DNA of 64,000 nt from Tricharina praecox (GCF_024521635.1 NW_026250412.1:930001-994000); one strand, 5' to 3'; numbered from the stretch's first letter, positions 49,565-62,523 are shown. A program made the numbers and translations. The notes: generated by a model from the letters alone, not told the origin.

Positions 49565-51484
49565 TCAGGCATCCAAATCCCTCGCAACAACAACCTCGAC
49601 CTTCCGCCTAAACGTGCCGCACCTCTTCTTCTTCCCAACCTTTTCGACAGCCTCGACCTCCTTCCCCACCATGACTCCATCCGTGAGCGGATCACCCTCG
49701 CAGAACCGTACGCGGAGCAAAACAGTCTGCTTCTCCCCCGTATTCCTGTCCTCGCCAAAGAAGCGCACGCGCTCCTCACTATCGACCATCACGCCAGCGG
49801 GGTAAACCGAGCCGATGACGCCAGCGACGGCGCCGAGGTAGCGACACCAGAACTCCATCTCACTGCCGACCAGCAGGGACAAGCGCTGTTTGAGCGTGGT
49901 ATCCGAGACCTCGCCGCCCCAGCGCTGGCACAGTGCGAGTGCGAGGAGGGCGCGGGCGCGGTGCGTAAGTCCGTGGACTGAGGCGAGGACTCCGGTCGTG
50001 GTGGAGTGGAGACCGCAGCTGGCACGGGATTCTTTCGGGATGTTGGAATGGTGTAGCATTATATTTGCGAGGGGCCGCACAATCCGGCGGATTTCGCGGG
50101 GTGCGGATTTGGGAAGCGCGTGTTCCATGAGTTTGATGAATTCGCGGGCGGCGGGCGCGGCGAATGGCTGGGTTGCTACCTCGAGCGGGTCCAACTTGCG
50201 GATACTCTTAGGCAGTGTGGAGAAGAGCGCGCCTTCGCGGACGCCGCCTTGACAGAAGATCACTGAGTTGATCTTGGGGAGGATCTCCATCAGCGTGTTG
50301 ACAAGGAAGGCGACGGCGGGGATCTGGCGTGCTCGGCGCTCAGAAATGCGGAAGGTGTCGTTTAGAGTGTGGGTTTGTTTTGCGGTGAGATGGAAGTCGG
50401 CCATTTTGAGGAAGGAACTTCCTGGCGCCGAGAAGCCGTTAATGATTGGGAGCGGGTAGGGCTGGATCTCGTGCTCTTCCAGTAGAAGATATCCAAAACC
50501 GCGGAAACCACCACCGGAGAGATATAGATTGAAACCATCTTCCTTCTTGGCCAGCAACTCTTCCGGCAGTTGCAAGGAATTGAAGGCGTCGACAAGCCGC
50601 GTCTTCATCTCGTACCGGATCCGCTCGACAGCGGCCTCATTGATCGCCGTTTCCATCCGCTTGGTCAGTGCCGCGGCACCGTATGGCAGAGAAACCGGCT
50701 CAGGCGCAATTTGTGTTTCCCCCTCCCTCGAAACCAACCAAGACAGCTGTGTGCTCCCACCACCCAGATCCATCACAAGCCCGCTAATCTCGTTCAAGCT
50801 GCTGGCCACACCCCACGCACCAATTTTTCCCTCATCCGCTTTCGAGAGCAACTCCACTTTCCAGCCCGTAGCCTCCTCGATCGCCTCACGGAACTCGAAC
50901 GAGTTCTGAGCCTCCCGCGTAGCCTCCGTAGCGACGACACGGATGTGGGACATCAGCACGCCAAAGGTCGTGCAGATGTGTTGGAAGCGCACCAGCGTCT
51001 TGACGACAGACCTGATGATGGGCTCCGCTATCGGTGCTTTGCTGGTGCCGACGTATTGAGCATCGTAGAGCGAGATCGGGGCGCGGTCCTGGAAGACCGT
51101 GGGCATAACGCGCGTAGTCGGAGACGCGAGATTGGAGATCGAGAAGCGGATGCCATTGCTTTTAGGATTATTTGTCAACCTTTGGTGAGCAAAACAGCGG
51201 TGGGAATGGTTACAGTACCTGCCGATATCGACGAGCCCATGCAGGTCTGGGTTGGGGTTTGGATACCGTGGGACAGAGCCGTTGGCACCGTCTAGGTTGA
51301 GCGAGGAGAAGCTCATCTCTCTTAGGCGTCTACCGTATCTCGTCAGGATGTTCTGGAGGTTCGTGCGGTTCGGTGGTCGTGAGGGTGAGATACGAGAGAT
51401 GCTTGGGCTGAGCTGTGAGTAGGGGTGGGGTCTCAATATATTTTCCAGTAGCCTACTCCGCGGGAAGAATGTACGTGGCCGCAT
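49565..51484 (-). CDS. RTG2: Retrograde regulation protein 2 (Ppx/GppA-family ASKHA ATPase)
   Basis: LVDIGS|NGIRFSI after removal of intron 51218..51159; VVATEATREAQN, MDLGGGSTQLSW, SLPYGAAAL, LYLSGGGFRG, FCQGGVREGAL. Confidence 0.92.
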   Translation of the reverse strand: MRPRTFFPRSRLLENILRPHPYSQLSPSISRISPSRPPNRTNLQNILTRYGRRLREMSFSSLNLDGANGSVPRYPNPNPDLHGLVDIGRYCNHSHRCFAHQRLTNNPKSNGIRFSISNLASPTTRVMPTVFQDRAPISLYDAQYVGTSKAPIAEPIIRSVVKTLVRFQHICTTFGVLMSHIRVVATEATREAQNSFEFREAIEEATGWKVELLSKADEGKIGAWGVASSLNEISGLVMDLGGGSTQLSWLVSREGETQIAPEPVSLPYGAAALTKRMETAINEAAVERIRYEMKTRLVDAFNSLQLPEELLAKKEDGFNLYLSGGGFRGFGYLLLEEHEIQPYPLPIINGFSAPGSSFLKMADFHLTAKQTHTLNDTFRISERRARQIPAVAFLVNTLMEILPKINSVIFCQGGVREGALFSTLPKSIRKLDPLEVATQPFAAPAAREFIKLMEHALPKSAPREIRRIVRPLANIMLHHSNIPKESRASCGLHSTTTGVLASVHGLTHRARALLALALCQRWGGEVSDTTLKQRLSLLVGSEMEFWCRYLGAVAGVIGSVYPAGVMVDSEERVRFFGEDRNTGEKQTVLLRVRFCEGDPLTDGVMVGKEVEAVEKVGKKKRCGTFRRKVEVVVARDLDA

Positions 51485-51759
51485 CTGGGCTCCGTTATCG
51501 TCATTGGTATTACAGGTACACAGGCAGATAACATTTACTGCCGGAAACTTTATGAATATGGAGTCAAATAAGTCGGTTAGCTGCCGGACTCTTCAGATCA
51601 CATCGCAAACGTCACTGTAGCGACCACAAGTCACCCCGCCGGCAACTTCCGCAACCAGTATCCTTGGCGTACGCCACATGTCACATGCAGAACTGAGCTC
51701 CCCACCACTCGAGATACCTATCGTTTGTCCTCCCACCCAAGTAGCATCACACGCTCGCG

Positions 51760-53550
51760 ATGGATGACTTCGCCCTCCCCTCTCTAGAGTGGGACGTCAT
51801 CGTCTCCGGTACAGGCGTAAAGCCATCTCTTCTCGCCGCGTCAGTCCGTCCGTTCACTCTACCGTCCCACACCCCGCACTAACATCCTCGTAGCGCCCTC
51901 AGCCGTGCTGGAAAACGCGTCCTCCAGGTCGACGATAAAGACTACTACGGTGATACGCAAGCGGCATTTTCACTCGACGAGCTTGAGGGTTGGGCTGCGT
52001 CCGTGTCCGCACCCTTCTCTCATGCCTCCTGCGAACGAAGAGCTACCATCGCCCGTCCTCGGAGCTACACGCTCACTCTTGCGCCGCACTTGGTCTATTG
52101 GAGCAGTAATCTGCTGGAGCTGCTGCGAAATGTTGAGATGACTACGTCGTTTACTTGGCAGGCGGTGGGGAGTTGGTGGATTTTCCTGACAGACGAGGAC
52201 GTGGCACAGCGCTCTTCCGGTGGCGGCGGGATCGGTGGCGCACTGGTGGATGCGGGAGTCAAGGCTGTGAAAGTCGGAGACACGGTACGCAAGAAGGCAG
52301 GCTGGAACAAAGGGCGGAAACGGGAGAGCCGTGATCTCACCTCCGACCTCCCGCCCGAACTCCAGCAAACCGGCGACGCCCCGACACTGCGCAAGCTCGG
52401 CGGGGTCCTCCGCGAGGTTCCATGCACGTTCGAAGATGTAGCGTGGAGCCCCGACTTGCAGGATCGAGATCGCGGGTACTTGGGCGGGCTGTTGCGGTTT
52501 ATCTCGAAGTGCTCGGACCCAGAGGATACGAAACATCATCAGCTGTTGGCCGAGCACGCCGATACTCCGCTATCTGAGTTTCTGACTACGGTGTACCCAC
52601 TTCCCCCGTTCACTATTGCCTCGATCCATTCCCTTACACTCCTCCCAACGCCTCCTGAGGCAACACCGCTACGTACAGCGCTGGACGCACTCATTCGTCA
52701 TGTATCCAGCATCGGTCGTATACCCGATATCCGCTCCGCGGCCGCACTAACAATCGCCTACGGAGGCAGCTCGGAGCTATGCCAAGTTTGGTCCCGGGGG
52801 GCGGCTGTAGCAGGTGGAATCAACGTCCTTTCTCGTGGGATGACATCCATCACCCCGGGCGATGACGGAAAACATTGTATATCGCTATCCAATGGTGAGG
52901 TGGTGACAGCACTGTGGGTTCTCACCACCGCCACCACCGCCACTGCTGCCCCCTCCTCTATCACCTCGCTGGCAAAAGGGATCTTTGTTATATCTGCCCC
53001 GTTACACGCCCTCTTCACTAAGAAATTTGCCGACGACCGTATCCCGCCTAATGCCGCGGTGTTGACCTTCCCCTCCGGCTCCCTGAAGACCGAAGACCAA
53101 GTATGCAACAAGAACCCCGTCTACATTATCGCACATGCCTCCGCCACCGGCGAGTGCGGGCCCGGAGAAGGTACTTGCCCCCCTCTCGCCTCTCCTTCTA
53201 CTGAGCTAACCTTACCAGCGGTCCTCTACACCTCCACTCTTTCTCCGCAACCTGTGGGGTACGTCTTCTCCGAGCTCGCTGTGCGCCGGGTACTATCAGC
53301 TTGTGGTGAGGAAGGAGCCGATATTTCCTTCGTGTGTAGATTCACGCAAGAATTTGCTACCCCCATTGCCGCGGATAGTAAAGAGGATGGTTTGGTGGAG
53401 CTAAGCCCGATGAGTGGAGATTTGGCATTTGATGCTGGTGTTGTTGAGGAGTGCAAGCAAGTCTATGAGAGGATCATTGGGACCAAGGAGGGGTTTCTGG
53501 AGATGACGGAGGAGATGAGGAGACAGTATGCGTTGGCTGAAGAGGAATAA
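51760..53550 (+). CDS. MRS6: Rab escort protein / Rab geranylgeranyltransferase component A (GDI/REP family)
   Basis: WDVIVSGTG..PSLLAA|ALSRAGKRVLQVDDKDYYG, RSYTLTLAP, REVPCTFEDV, YGGSSELCQVWSRGAAVAGG. Two introns (from ~51840 and 53171-53218). Confidence 0.85.
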
Positions 53551-53888
53551 TAGGTAGGTAGATACCTGGAATCATTGGCTGCATAGGAGAGCAAATGCAT
53601 GATTGATCGCCCGGATTTCAAGTGTCTGCACTACATCTTATGCGGTGAATGTGATTTTGGAAGAAAAAAAAGACTATGTATTCTGGTACCGTAAGGTTCG
53701 CCTTGGAATTTGAGCCTGATAACTTGATAAGACTGTCCCCTCGACGGAACGCGCCAGGTGCATTGACTGGCTCGCTTACGGCGCGCGCTAGTTACCTCAA
53801 AGTGCGGCTCTCAGGAACACGTTCCATTTCGTCGCGTCTCCCACGCCATATCTTCAACCCGCGCCAATCCAAAACCACCGACCACAAG

Positions 53889-55519
53889 ATGGCATCTAAG
53901 ATGTATGTCCCTACGCCCGGTATTCCTGCCACCATACGCTGACTCTTCTCTCCAGTATAGTCATCGGCTCCACCGCCGGCCACCTCCCCGAAGCCCTTAC
54001 CAAGCTCACGGCGCTGCACAGCAAAAATAACTTCGCCTTCGCAATCATCCTCGGAGACATCTCTTCAAGTACCGAAGCCGAATCCCTCCTCAGCGGCGAC
54101 TTGAAACTCCCACTACCAACCTACTTTACCATCGGTGCCACGCCACTCTCTCCCGCCGTCGTCTCGAGAATCGAATCCAACGCTGGCGAAGTTGTCGAAA
54201 ACCTTTTCTTCCTGGGCAAGAAGGGCAGCATAGTCACATCCGAAGGTATCCGCATCGTTGCTGCGGGTGGCGTATTCTCCAAGGACGGTGACAAGTCCTC
54301 ATTCTTGGCCACGCACGCGCCCTTCGAGTTCTCGGCACTGAAGAAACACGATCCAGCGGACATCTTGATTTCCACAGATTGGCCCGTTGGGATACACGAC
54401 GGGCAACGCAGTGGGTCGCCAGCGGTCACGGAACTCGTTGTGGCGGTCAGGCCCCGCTACCACTTCGTTGCTGGCGGAACAGAGCACCTGGCGCGCACGC
54501 CGTACCGGAACGAATTGCGGAAGGGCGAGAATGAGACACGGTTCACACTGTTCTATTCGCTGGGGGACTGGGGCAACGCCCAGAAAGCGAAGGCCATGGT
54601 CGCGTTTTCCCTCGATCCCTCTGCGCCACCGGCCAGCCCGGGCTATTCCACACCGTCGCCCTATTTGCGAGAGGAGCGGGAAGCGAAACGGGGTGCGAAG
54701 CGGTCAGCTGAGGAAGGAACCTTTTTCTGGGGCGATCATACCTCTTCCGGCCAACAGAAGAGAACCCACAAACGCCGGCATCCCGAGCGCCCACCTCCCC
54801 CCGGCCCGGAAAACTGCTTCTTCTGTCTGTCCAACCCCGCGCTCGAAAAGCACCTCATCGTCTCAATTGGCAATGAAGCGTATCTCACCACGGCCAAGGG
54901 CCCGCTCACATCCTCCGCCACCAATACCGACTCGATGCCGTTCTCAGCGCACATCCTAATCATCCCGTTTTCGCACACGCCGATGCTGCAGACGATTGAA
55001 GATCCAGAATCGAGGAAAGCAACAGTGGCCGAGATGAAGCGGTATCTGTCCACGCTGGAGAAATTCTTTGCCGCGCACGGCGCCACAGCCGTCGCCTTCG
55101 AGGTGCGCAGGGTCAACGGCATCCACGCGCACTGGCAGGTAATCCCGGTCAAGAAGGAGCTCGTGGAGCGCATCGACGCCGCCTTCGACGACGCGGCAAA
55201 AGATATCGCGCACTCCTTTGAGGATGAGCACACCACCACCACCACCACCCACGACGACGATGGTGAGGAAGACGCGGCGGATAGGGGCAACGCATTCACG
55301 TATTGGATCGGCGGCCAGGAAAAAGGAAGGACCATGCACTTGGCGCAGGGAGAGTACTTCAACCTCCAGTTTGGACGGCAGGTGCTCGCCGAGGTGATCG
55401 GCACCGAACAGAAGCGCATCAACTGGAAGGAATGTGTCATGTCCCTACCCGAGGAGATCGCCGATGCGAAGGCGTTCAAGGAGGCGTTCAAGGAGTACGA
55501 TTTCAGTTTAGAGGAGTAG
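53889..55519 (+). CDS. DRN1: CwfJ/CWF19L1-like debranching-enzyme cofactor (Drn1/Mug161)
   Basis: MASKI|IVIG start; metallophosphoesterase-like ADILISTDWP and RPRYHF; CwfJ C-terminal CFFCLSNP..EKHLIVSIG.EAYLTTAKGPL, HAHWQ, QFGRQVLA. Confidence 0.88.
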
Positions 55520-56354
55520 AGGGGTGGGGTGGGGGGGGGGGGGGGGGGGGGATGTTCTCGTCTTTAGACTTCGGCATGTAGAAGTTAAAAGATTTAGAAG
55601 TTGAAAGAGTTGACGACGAGGAAAAATGTACATTTACTGCCGGAGTGCAGAGTTACTTGGGGAAGTGAGCTGCTGGATCCTGCTGATCTAGGTATGCATA
55701 CTTAAGCTACATTCTGGGGCGATACCAGGACAGTATAGGTAGGTATGCGTTTTGCCGTGATCCAGACGGGGATCTTATGCAATCCAATGATGGAATGAGA
55801 ATGATGAGAATGAAACTCGGTCTGTGGGCGGATCCGGAGATGGAAGCTTCCAGATGGTGAGGCACACACTTTATGCTTTCATTTCTTGACTCCACCAATT
55901 TCCAAGTGCTAGCGCACCTACTTGGTAGTTAGTACGTTGAACTCAAATTCCAAGCCCCACGCCGACCACAAATACCCCTCCTCTTCCCCAGGCTCCCTCT
56001 CCGCTTCCCTCCTCCTTCCTCCTTCCTCCTTCCTCCATTCATATTTAGTCCTTCACGAGTCAAGAGTCAAGAGCGGGCACAACAGCGTGGCAAGAGCAGA
56101 GCGAACTGACAAAGGTTTTTCTACCTTCGGGTTTTCCTCTATAAAAAACATCGTCTTCCTGGCCGCTGTGCGAGGGGATGAGGTTTTTTTTTGCTTTGCT
56201 TTGCTGCTGTCCTCGACAATCGATGGGGACGTGTTCACGCGTTATCACTCGCGCCGTGCTGCAGGAGTAATAGGTATCCACTCCTGATGTATCTTTGGAA
56301 GAGCGGCGGCAGTGTAGTTACTAGTGGAGCACACGACATTCTCTCTATTCACCG

Positions 56355-58214
56355 TCACAGGTCGCCCTCATCCGCAACAATCCCCTCAGCCGCCACCTCC
56401 GCCATAACCACAATCGCACCGACCGGATTCGACGCCACCATTCCCGGGAATATACTCGCATCAACAACGTACTTTCCCGCCATCCCTCGTCAGCCATAAT
56501 CCCCTTTCGCCCGCAGCAGCACGAAGAAAGGAAGAAAGGAAGGAGGGGGACTCACCAAGTTCCGCATCCCTATCACCTTCGCGTTGACATCAACGACTTT
56601 CCCCACCGCCGCAGTGCCCAGCCAGTGGTTGCTTCCTCTGCCCTCGGTACTGCCGCGCACGTACTCCTCGATAGTAGTGCTCTCAAGATCGGGAAGCAAC
56701 AGTTCCAGCCCCGGCACGGCTTTGACGCCGGCTAGGACGTCGTGGAAGCTCCGTATCACCGCCGCGGTATCCTCTTCCGTCACAAGGTACGGAGACTCGT
56801 AGATGATGAGGTTGAGCTCCGGGGTGAGACTTATACGCCCGCGTGATGTTTGGCCGGATGATAGGTAGTTCGTCATTAGTAGGAGATCCGGGCCAGTGAA
56901 GTTGTGGAAGGCGCTGGTACGGCCGGTCCATTGTAGCTGTGGTGGGTTAGTAGGGTGGGAGAGAGTTAGAGGGGAGGACAAACAGTGCGGCTCGCCCCGT
57001 CTCTGCCGGGGATATTCTGCCATAAGGTTATACGCGCGTTGGAGGAGGCAAGGGGACCGGTTCTGTGGTCTGTGTAGGTTCGTCAGTCGATGAGAGTGAG
57101 TGGGGAAGGGGGGTACACAGTACCGAGATATTTCTGAGCATCCTGGGGATTTGGGTTATCGTATGCGTCTGAGTAGTTGTAAGCCTCGCCGACACCGGGA
57201 TATTTAAACACCGCGTAAGTGGCGGGGTGATCCATCAAGTTGTAGCTTCCGCGAATCAGCATTCGTCCATGATTGGCACAGATGCACGCACCCAACCGGC
57301 AGATCGATCCAATCCTTCTCGTCTACTATCCCCTCGCTGCCTTTGGCAGCTCGAACGATCTCGAGCTGATCCCTCGTCCCAATACCGCTCTGCCACAGTA
57401 TCTTCGGCGATCCAAATGCGCCAGCGGAAAGAACCACCTTTCCGCCCTCCTTCAGCATTGCGATGCGTCGCTCTCCGTCCTGTATATACTCCACACCCGT
57501 AGCCGTACCGCCATCGCGTAGCACCCGCTCCACCCTCGCCCCAAACACAATCCTAAAATTCCCCCTCTGCGCAGCGCGGAGATAATACGCCTGCAGCGGC
57601 CCGCCACGTTCTCCGCTAATACTCATAAACGGCACTCTAGCATACCTCCTATCACCCGCCGTTTCCCCCTCCTCCGCGCGCGTGCACCCCGCGCCCCGCG
57701 CCATCATTCCCAACACGGACCACGCCTCCTGAAACCACGACTTCTCGCTCCGTCCGGGGATCCTGTGCTTGACCCTTGCCACCGCCACCGCCACCCTCTC
57801 CTTCCACTGCCCACCGAACCCATCCCAATCCCTCTCGGCAGGCAAAAACCATATCCCACTGTTTATTGCCGTCCCACCGCCGAGGACGCACGCCGCAGGA
57901 ACAGGGATGTCCGGACACTGGTGGCTGAACGTGCCAAAGAACGCGGGGACGTCGAAGCGCGTTAGCGGGTGGTTATGTAGCCAGGCCGGGGTTTCACGGC
58001 CGCCTGAGGCGTAGGTACTGCGTGGACCGGCTTCGAGAAGGAGTGTGGGCTCCCCTGGAGAGGAGAGGAGGTCGGCGAGGACCGAGCCGGCGGCGCCAGA
58101 GCCGACGAGGATATACGAGTACTGCGTACTGGCGGTGCCGTCGTTAAGGGGCTGTTGCGTGGATGCGTAGGCGAGCGAGAGGAGTGGGAGTATTGCTGTG
58201 GTTAATAGCCGCAT
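56355..58214 (-). CDS. Secreted GMC oxidoreductase, cellobiose-dehydrogenase flavin-domain-like (no cytochrome domain)
   Basis: Signal peptide, YILVGSGAAG, LTRFDVP, CVLGGGTAINSG, LSAGAFGSPKILWQSGIG, YNLMDHP, SNHWLGT, YVVDASIFPG...NP; several introns; stop at 56357..56355. Confidence 0.85.
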
Positions 58215-58727
58215 TGTGTTATGGTCTTTGTCGCACGCTGTGGAGGTCGGTCAATGGATGGCCTCAGCTGCTGGACTGGTTGAGCTGACGTCAAATTTAA
58301 GGTTGCACAAGGTTATCTATGGAGCTGGAGTGCCTGACCCCGGCCCGCACGCTCATTATCCAGGCGTGCAGGTGTCGCCACCATTTCGGCCCACTAATCC
58401 GTTCATCGAGCATTTTCATGGACGCTATCATAGTACCTACCCAGGTAAACAATAACACGCGATATCACTCGAAGGACCTCGATTTTCTCTGGCAAAGTTT
58501 CACAAAGCTGCAACCAAACAGAATCGCTTATTTGCATCTGCTCTCCATCTAAGAATATTCCATTTTGCTACAAAAGATGGATTAAGTACTACTAGTAGTA
58601 ATGATGCTCCTCGAACTAAAGCCAAACTGAGAAAAGTACAAAAGCGCAATCAAACAAACCCCCAAAACCAAAAGCAAGAGTATGTAAACTAGAGAAACTG
58701 AACTCATCGCATCCCCATAGAAACCCC

Positions 58728-61700
58728 TTATTTCTCCTTCTCAGTATTGACAGCTCTGAGAGCCGCCCAGTTACCAGGAATTGGCGAAAACTTGTTCGGC
58801 GTCGACGTCGAGTTCTCGGGGGAACCCTGGGGGCTTCCATGGTTTACGTTATCGGGACGCAACTGTTGGCTTCCGGTTGGAGTGTTAGGTACCGAGTCCC
58901 GGAATATTCGTCTCGCCGAGCCCTCGCCGGGAGGAGTGCCAACCTTCGACTTCCTTTCTTGGTGCTTCTTCGCCGGCGTCATTTCCGGGCTCGGCTGCGA
59001 AGCTTCGGAGTGAAGCTGCCTCTGCGGCGGAGATGAGGGAAGCGGGGCGGATGATGGTGGTGGAAAATATTGAGGCACCGATGTGGAGGATCCACCATTC
59101 TTGGGGAGAGATGTGACACCCTGGGAAGGGGAAAACAGGCTTTGCTGGGAAAACAGTTCGTTCAGTGGCGGTCCGGGGTCCGAGTCCTCATCGTCAGAGA
59201 TAACGATGAACGTAGTGGGAGCGGCCGGCCCGCGCTTGGCTGCCCGCGGCGAAGGACGGGTTGTGGACGGAAACAAATCCAAGCTTGGGGCGCCACCTCC
59301 TTCAGTCTTTAATTTGGGAGAATCATCTTCAACTGCTGGAGAACAGGAAGCGACCATCGCAAGAGAGGTGGCTTCTCCTTCCTCTGGGGTGGGAGTCATC
59401 GCTTTCTCCGCCTCAATCAAGCGTCGATCTTCTTCCCCTCCTCCCGCAGGAGAATCCACTTCTTTGTCGGATGCCTGCGCCCGCAGACCGTTGTGGGTGA
59501 CTTCTGCTTCCTCAGCGGGAGGGGAAGCGGGAGGGGAATCCACCTCATCATCTGCCTCATCCACGCGCTCGTCTACGATGGGAATCTCATCGACTATATT
59601 CACGTCCTGATTACCCTCCTCACAGTCGAAACCATTGAGCGCCGCAGTCAGGCCGTCATCGTCATCATCCTGAGGGGGTGATTGCGGATGTTCTTTCGCC
59701 GACTCTTGAGTCCGGTTATTTTCCATGTAGATGTCGTCGCCGTAGTTCAGCTCCAAAGAATCTTGGCCCACGTCCCGTTTCAAACCAGACTCCTTCACCA
59801 TTGCAGCCTGACGAGACTCCCCGTTACTTGGGGATTTCTGTAGCTGCACTGACTCCACCACTGACTCGTCCATTGGCTCTTCCACTGGCTCCGTACCACG
59901 CTCGGGAAGCCTCACTACCTTGGGCTCCAGAAATTCTCCCCACATCAGGTACACTAGGCCCTCTTCTACTTCGTCTTCGAGACCAGGCATAGCGAATCTA
60001 CCGAGGATTTTTTCACCGGTTCGTTTGTCGAATTGTGGCTTCGGACGGTCCCTGATCGCGAGCCTGAGCTCAAGCTGCGGCCCATCCTGTACATCGGTAT
60101 GTACCTTTTCGATGGTGGCGGTGAGGTAATCCGTGAGGATCGGCACATACGTCCGGGGGTCCATATCAAGGCGCTTGAAAGCGATCACCGTCCCACATAC
60201 AAGTGGCTGTGTGAGTGCAGCCAAGGACGAAATGTCGGCGGGTAAGCTGGGGAGATCCTCTTCCGTTGAAATATCTTTTTCGGTCGTGGGGTGCTCGCTG
60301 GGTTGCTCTGGTTCATCATAATTTAATATCGCCACATCCGGTTGTTCCAGAGAGTCGGTATGGGCGGTGCTTTGTTCTTGGCGTTGGTTCTTCCTCTTCC
60401 TCTTTTTCCCTGGATTCATCTGCAGCTGCTGCTGCTGGAAGGGGAAATCGGGAGTCGGGAGCGTGGGGTTCTCGTTTTCGCACTCATACGCGCTCAACCA
60501 GATCTTGGAACGCCAGGCATCCGGGTTGCGACTAGCCCGAATCATGTAGCTGCCTTCTGGCTGGCCATGCGGAACAAGAGTCTGCGCCATTTCGTCATCC
60601 TGCACAGAACCTTGGCCGCCGATATTCCCGGGTAGATTGCTATTCGTAAGGGCGGTTTGTTTCCCACGGGCTTTCTTCGACTTTCTGTTGTTTTTCCCTT
60701 CCGTCCCACGGGGCTGACCAACGCCGACATCCTTGCCTTTGCCAGCGTCGACCGGATCGACACCTGTCGTAATGTCCATGATATCTGCGCTTTCACCGAC
60801 TCCCACTGGTTTTTGGCCATTCCGTATAACCACTTTATCTTTGACTTTCCCACCAACCACGTTATCTGTGCCATTCGTGGCAGACACGGAATCGGCAGTT
60901 TTCTCAACATTCGCAGGTAATTCGATTGATCTTGGGAGATGTTCTTTCAAGTGACGTTTCAGCAAATCCGCCGGCGCGGTGATGTCTAGTCCGCCCGCGC
61001 GAAGGCACGCGGTGAGATGTGCCAAGCTGCAATTATCGCCAATGACGCCTTCAAGCTTCAGCATCTGTAGCAACCGACATCCCTTCTTGCGATTCCTTCG
61101 TCGTCTTGTCAGTTCACTCCCCTGATGCGGCAGAGTGCCAGGAGCGGTAGCACGAGGTTTGTACGTAGTAGTAGCGGTGGCCGCAGAGGGTGCTGGTACT
61201 TTAGCAGGGACGGTTGGTAATTTGGTGGCAGTGGTGGTGGATTGCGAGGTTATATCGCTTTTCCTTCTCTTCGAAGACCTCCTACGAACTATTAGCTCCT
61301 GCTCTGAGGTACTTTCTGCTGGGGGGAGATGTCGCGCTTACTCTTCCGGCCTCTCGTCCTCCGAGCTTGAGTCCGAGCTTGAGTCCGAGCTTGAGTCCGA
61401 GCCTGAGTCCGAGCCTGAGTCTGAATCGGAACTAGAATCAGAACTCGAGTCGGAACTTGAGTTGGAATCCGAATTAGAGCTCGATTCATCCGAATCTATA
61501 TGGCCCTTGGTTGCAGGTACAGCAAAGCGAACGAGAGCGTTATGGTTGTGTGCGGTAAGCTCTCTCTTGGCATCCTCCTCCATCTGCTTCCTCTTTTCCT
61601 CTTCCTTCTGCTTCCGCTTTTCCTCTGCCTTCTGCTTCCGCTTTTCCTCTTCCTCCTGTTTCCGCTTTTCCTCTTCCACCTGCTTCCTCTTTTCTTCTTC

Positions 61701-62523
61701 CTCTTTTTTCTTCCGCGTCTCCTTCTTCCTTCTCTCCTTCTCCTTCTCCTTCTCCCTCTTCTGTTTCGATTCCTTCCTGATCTTCTCCTTCTTCCTTTTC
61801 TTCTTCCTCTCCTCCTCCTCCTTCCTCCTCTTGTCCACCTCCTTCCGCATTTTCTGCTTCAATCTCTTCTCCCTCTTCTTCGTTTCCTTCACTTCCCGCT
61901 TCCTTGCTTCTTCAAGCTCCGCCTCATCTTCCTCGGCCTCATCCTCCGCATCATCCTCCTCGGTATTCGCATCCCCCGCTGAATTCTCTTCAACCGTGGG
62001 AATATAATCCTCATCTTCCTCCTCATCTGCATCATCCTCCGCATCATCCTCCAGCAGTCTCAGTGTCGAGGCCCTCAATTCCATCCCCAATCTCCTCCTC
62101 TTCCCGCTCGGAACCAACATCGGTTGCGTCAACAGCAGCCTATTATTTTGCGCCCCCAGCAGCTTCAACTCCTGTAGTGCCAGTGGCCGAACCCTATCCA
62201 CCATCAGCACTTCCCCCTCAACCCTCCACTCTTCCCGGAAGAACTCACGTAATCTCATCACCATCTTGAAACACCGCAAAGACTTTCATGAAATGGAAGA
62301 CGATGCACCCATCCTTCTCGACGCGGTAGTCCTCGAGCGCATGGGTTTCGGTTTCGAGCAAGACGCCACTGTTGATGCTGCGTAGTAGGTCCGACACCGC
62401 GTAGTAGGGTCCTGCGTCCGGCGGTGGTGACCACAGGATCTTGAGGAGCGGGAGGTTGGGGCGGCGGAGGTGCACGCGGAGGCAGAGGTTGAGCATTGAG
62501 CCGGTGGTGGGGGTGAGCGACAT
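58728..62523 (-). CDS. Coilin-like (Mug174-like) nuclear protein
   Basis: Introns 62248..62194 and 61341..61282 join three ORFs in frame. N-terminal domain LEDYRVE..G..FHF...FQDGDEITVRPL, K/E coiled coil, SSSD tract, PEERSSK, basic HQGS..TRRRRNR, and Tudor-like GTVIAFK.L......P...DY.TA. Family assignment from memory. Confidence 0.55.

Noticed and set aside
61135-62007. Long plus-strand ORFs (also 16401-17369, 47731-48612 minus, 34304-35122)
   Set aside because: Antisense shadows of real low-complexity CDSs.
1084-62523. Functional clustering of splicing genes (BBP, DRN1, coilin-like) or trafficking genes (SEC63, VAM7, MRS6, SIP3)
   Set aside because: Widely spaced, common categories; compatible with chance.
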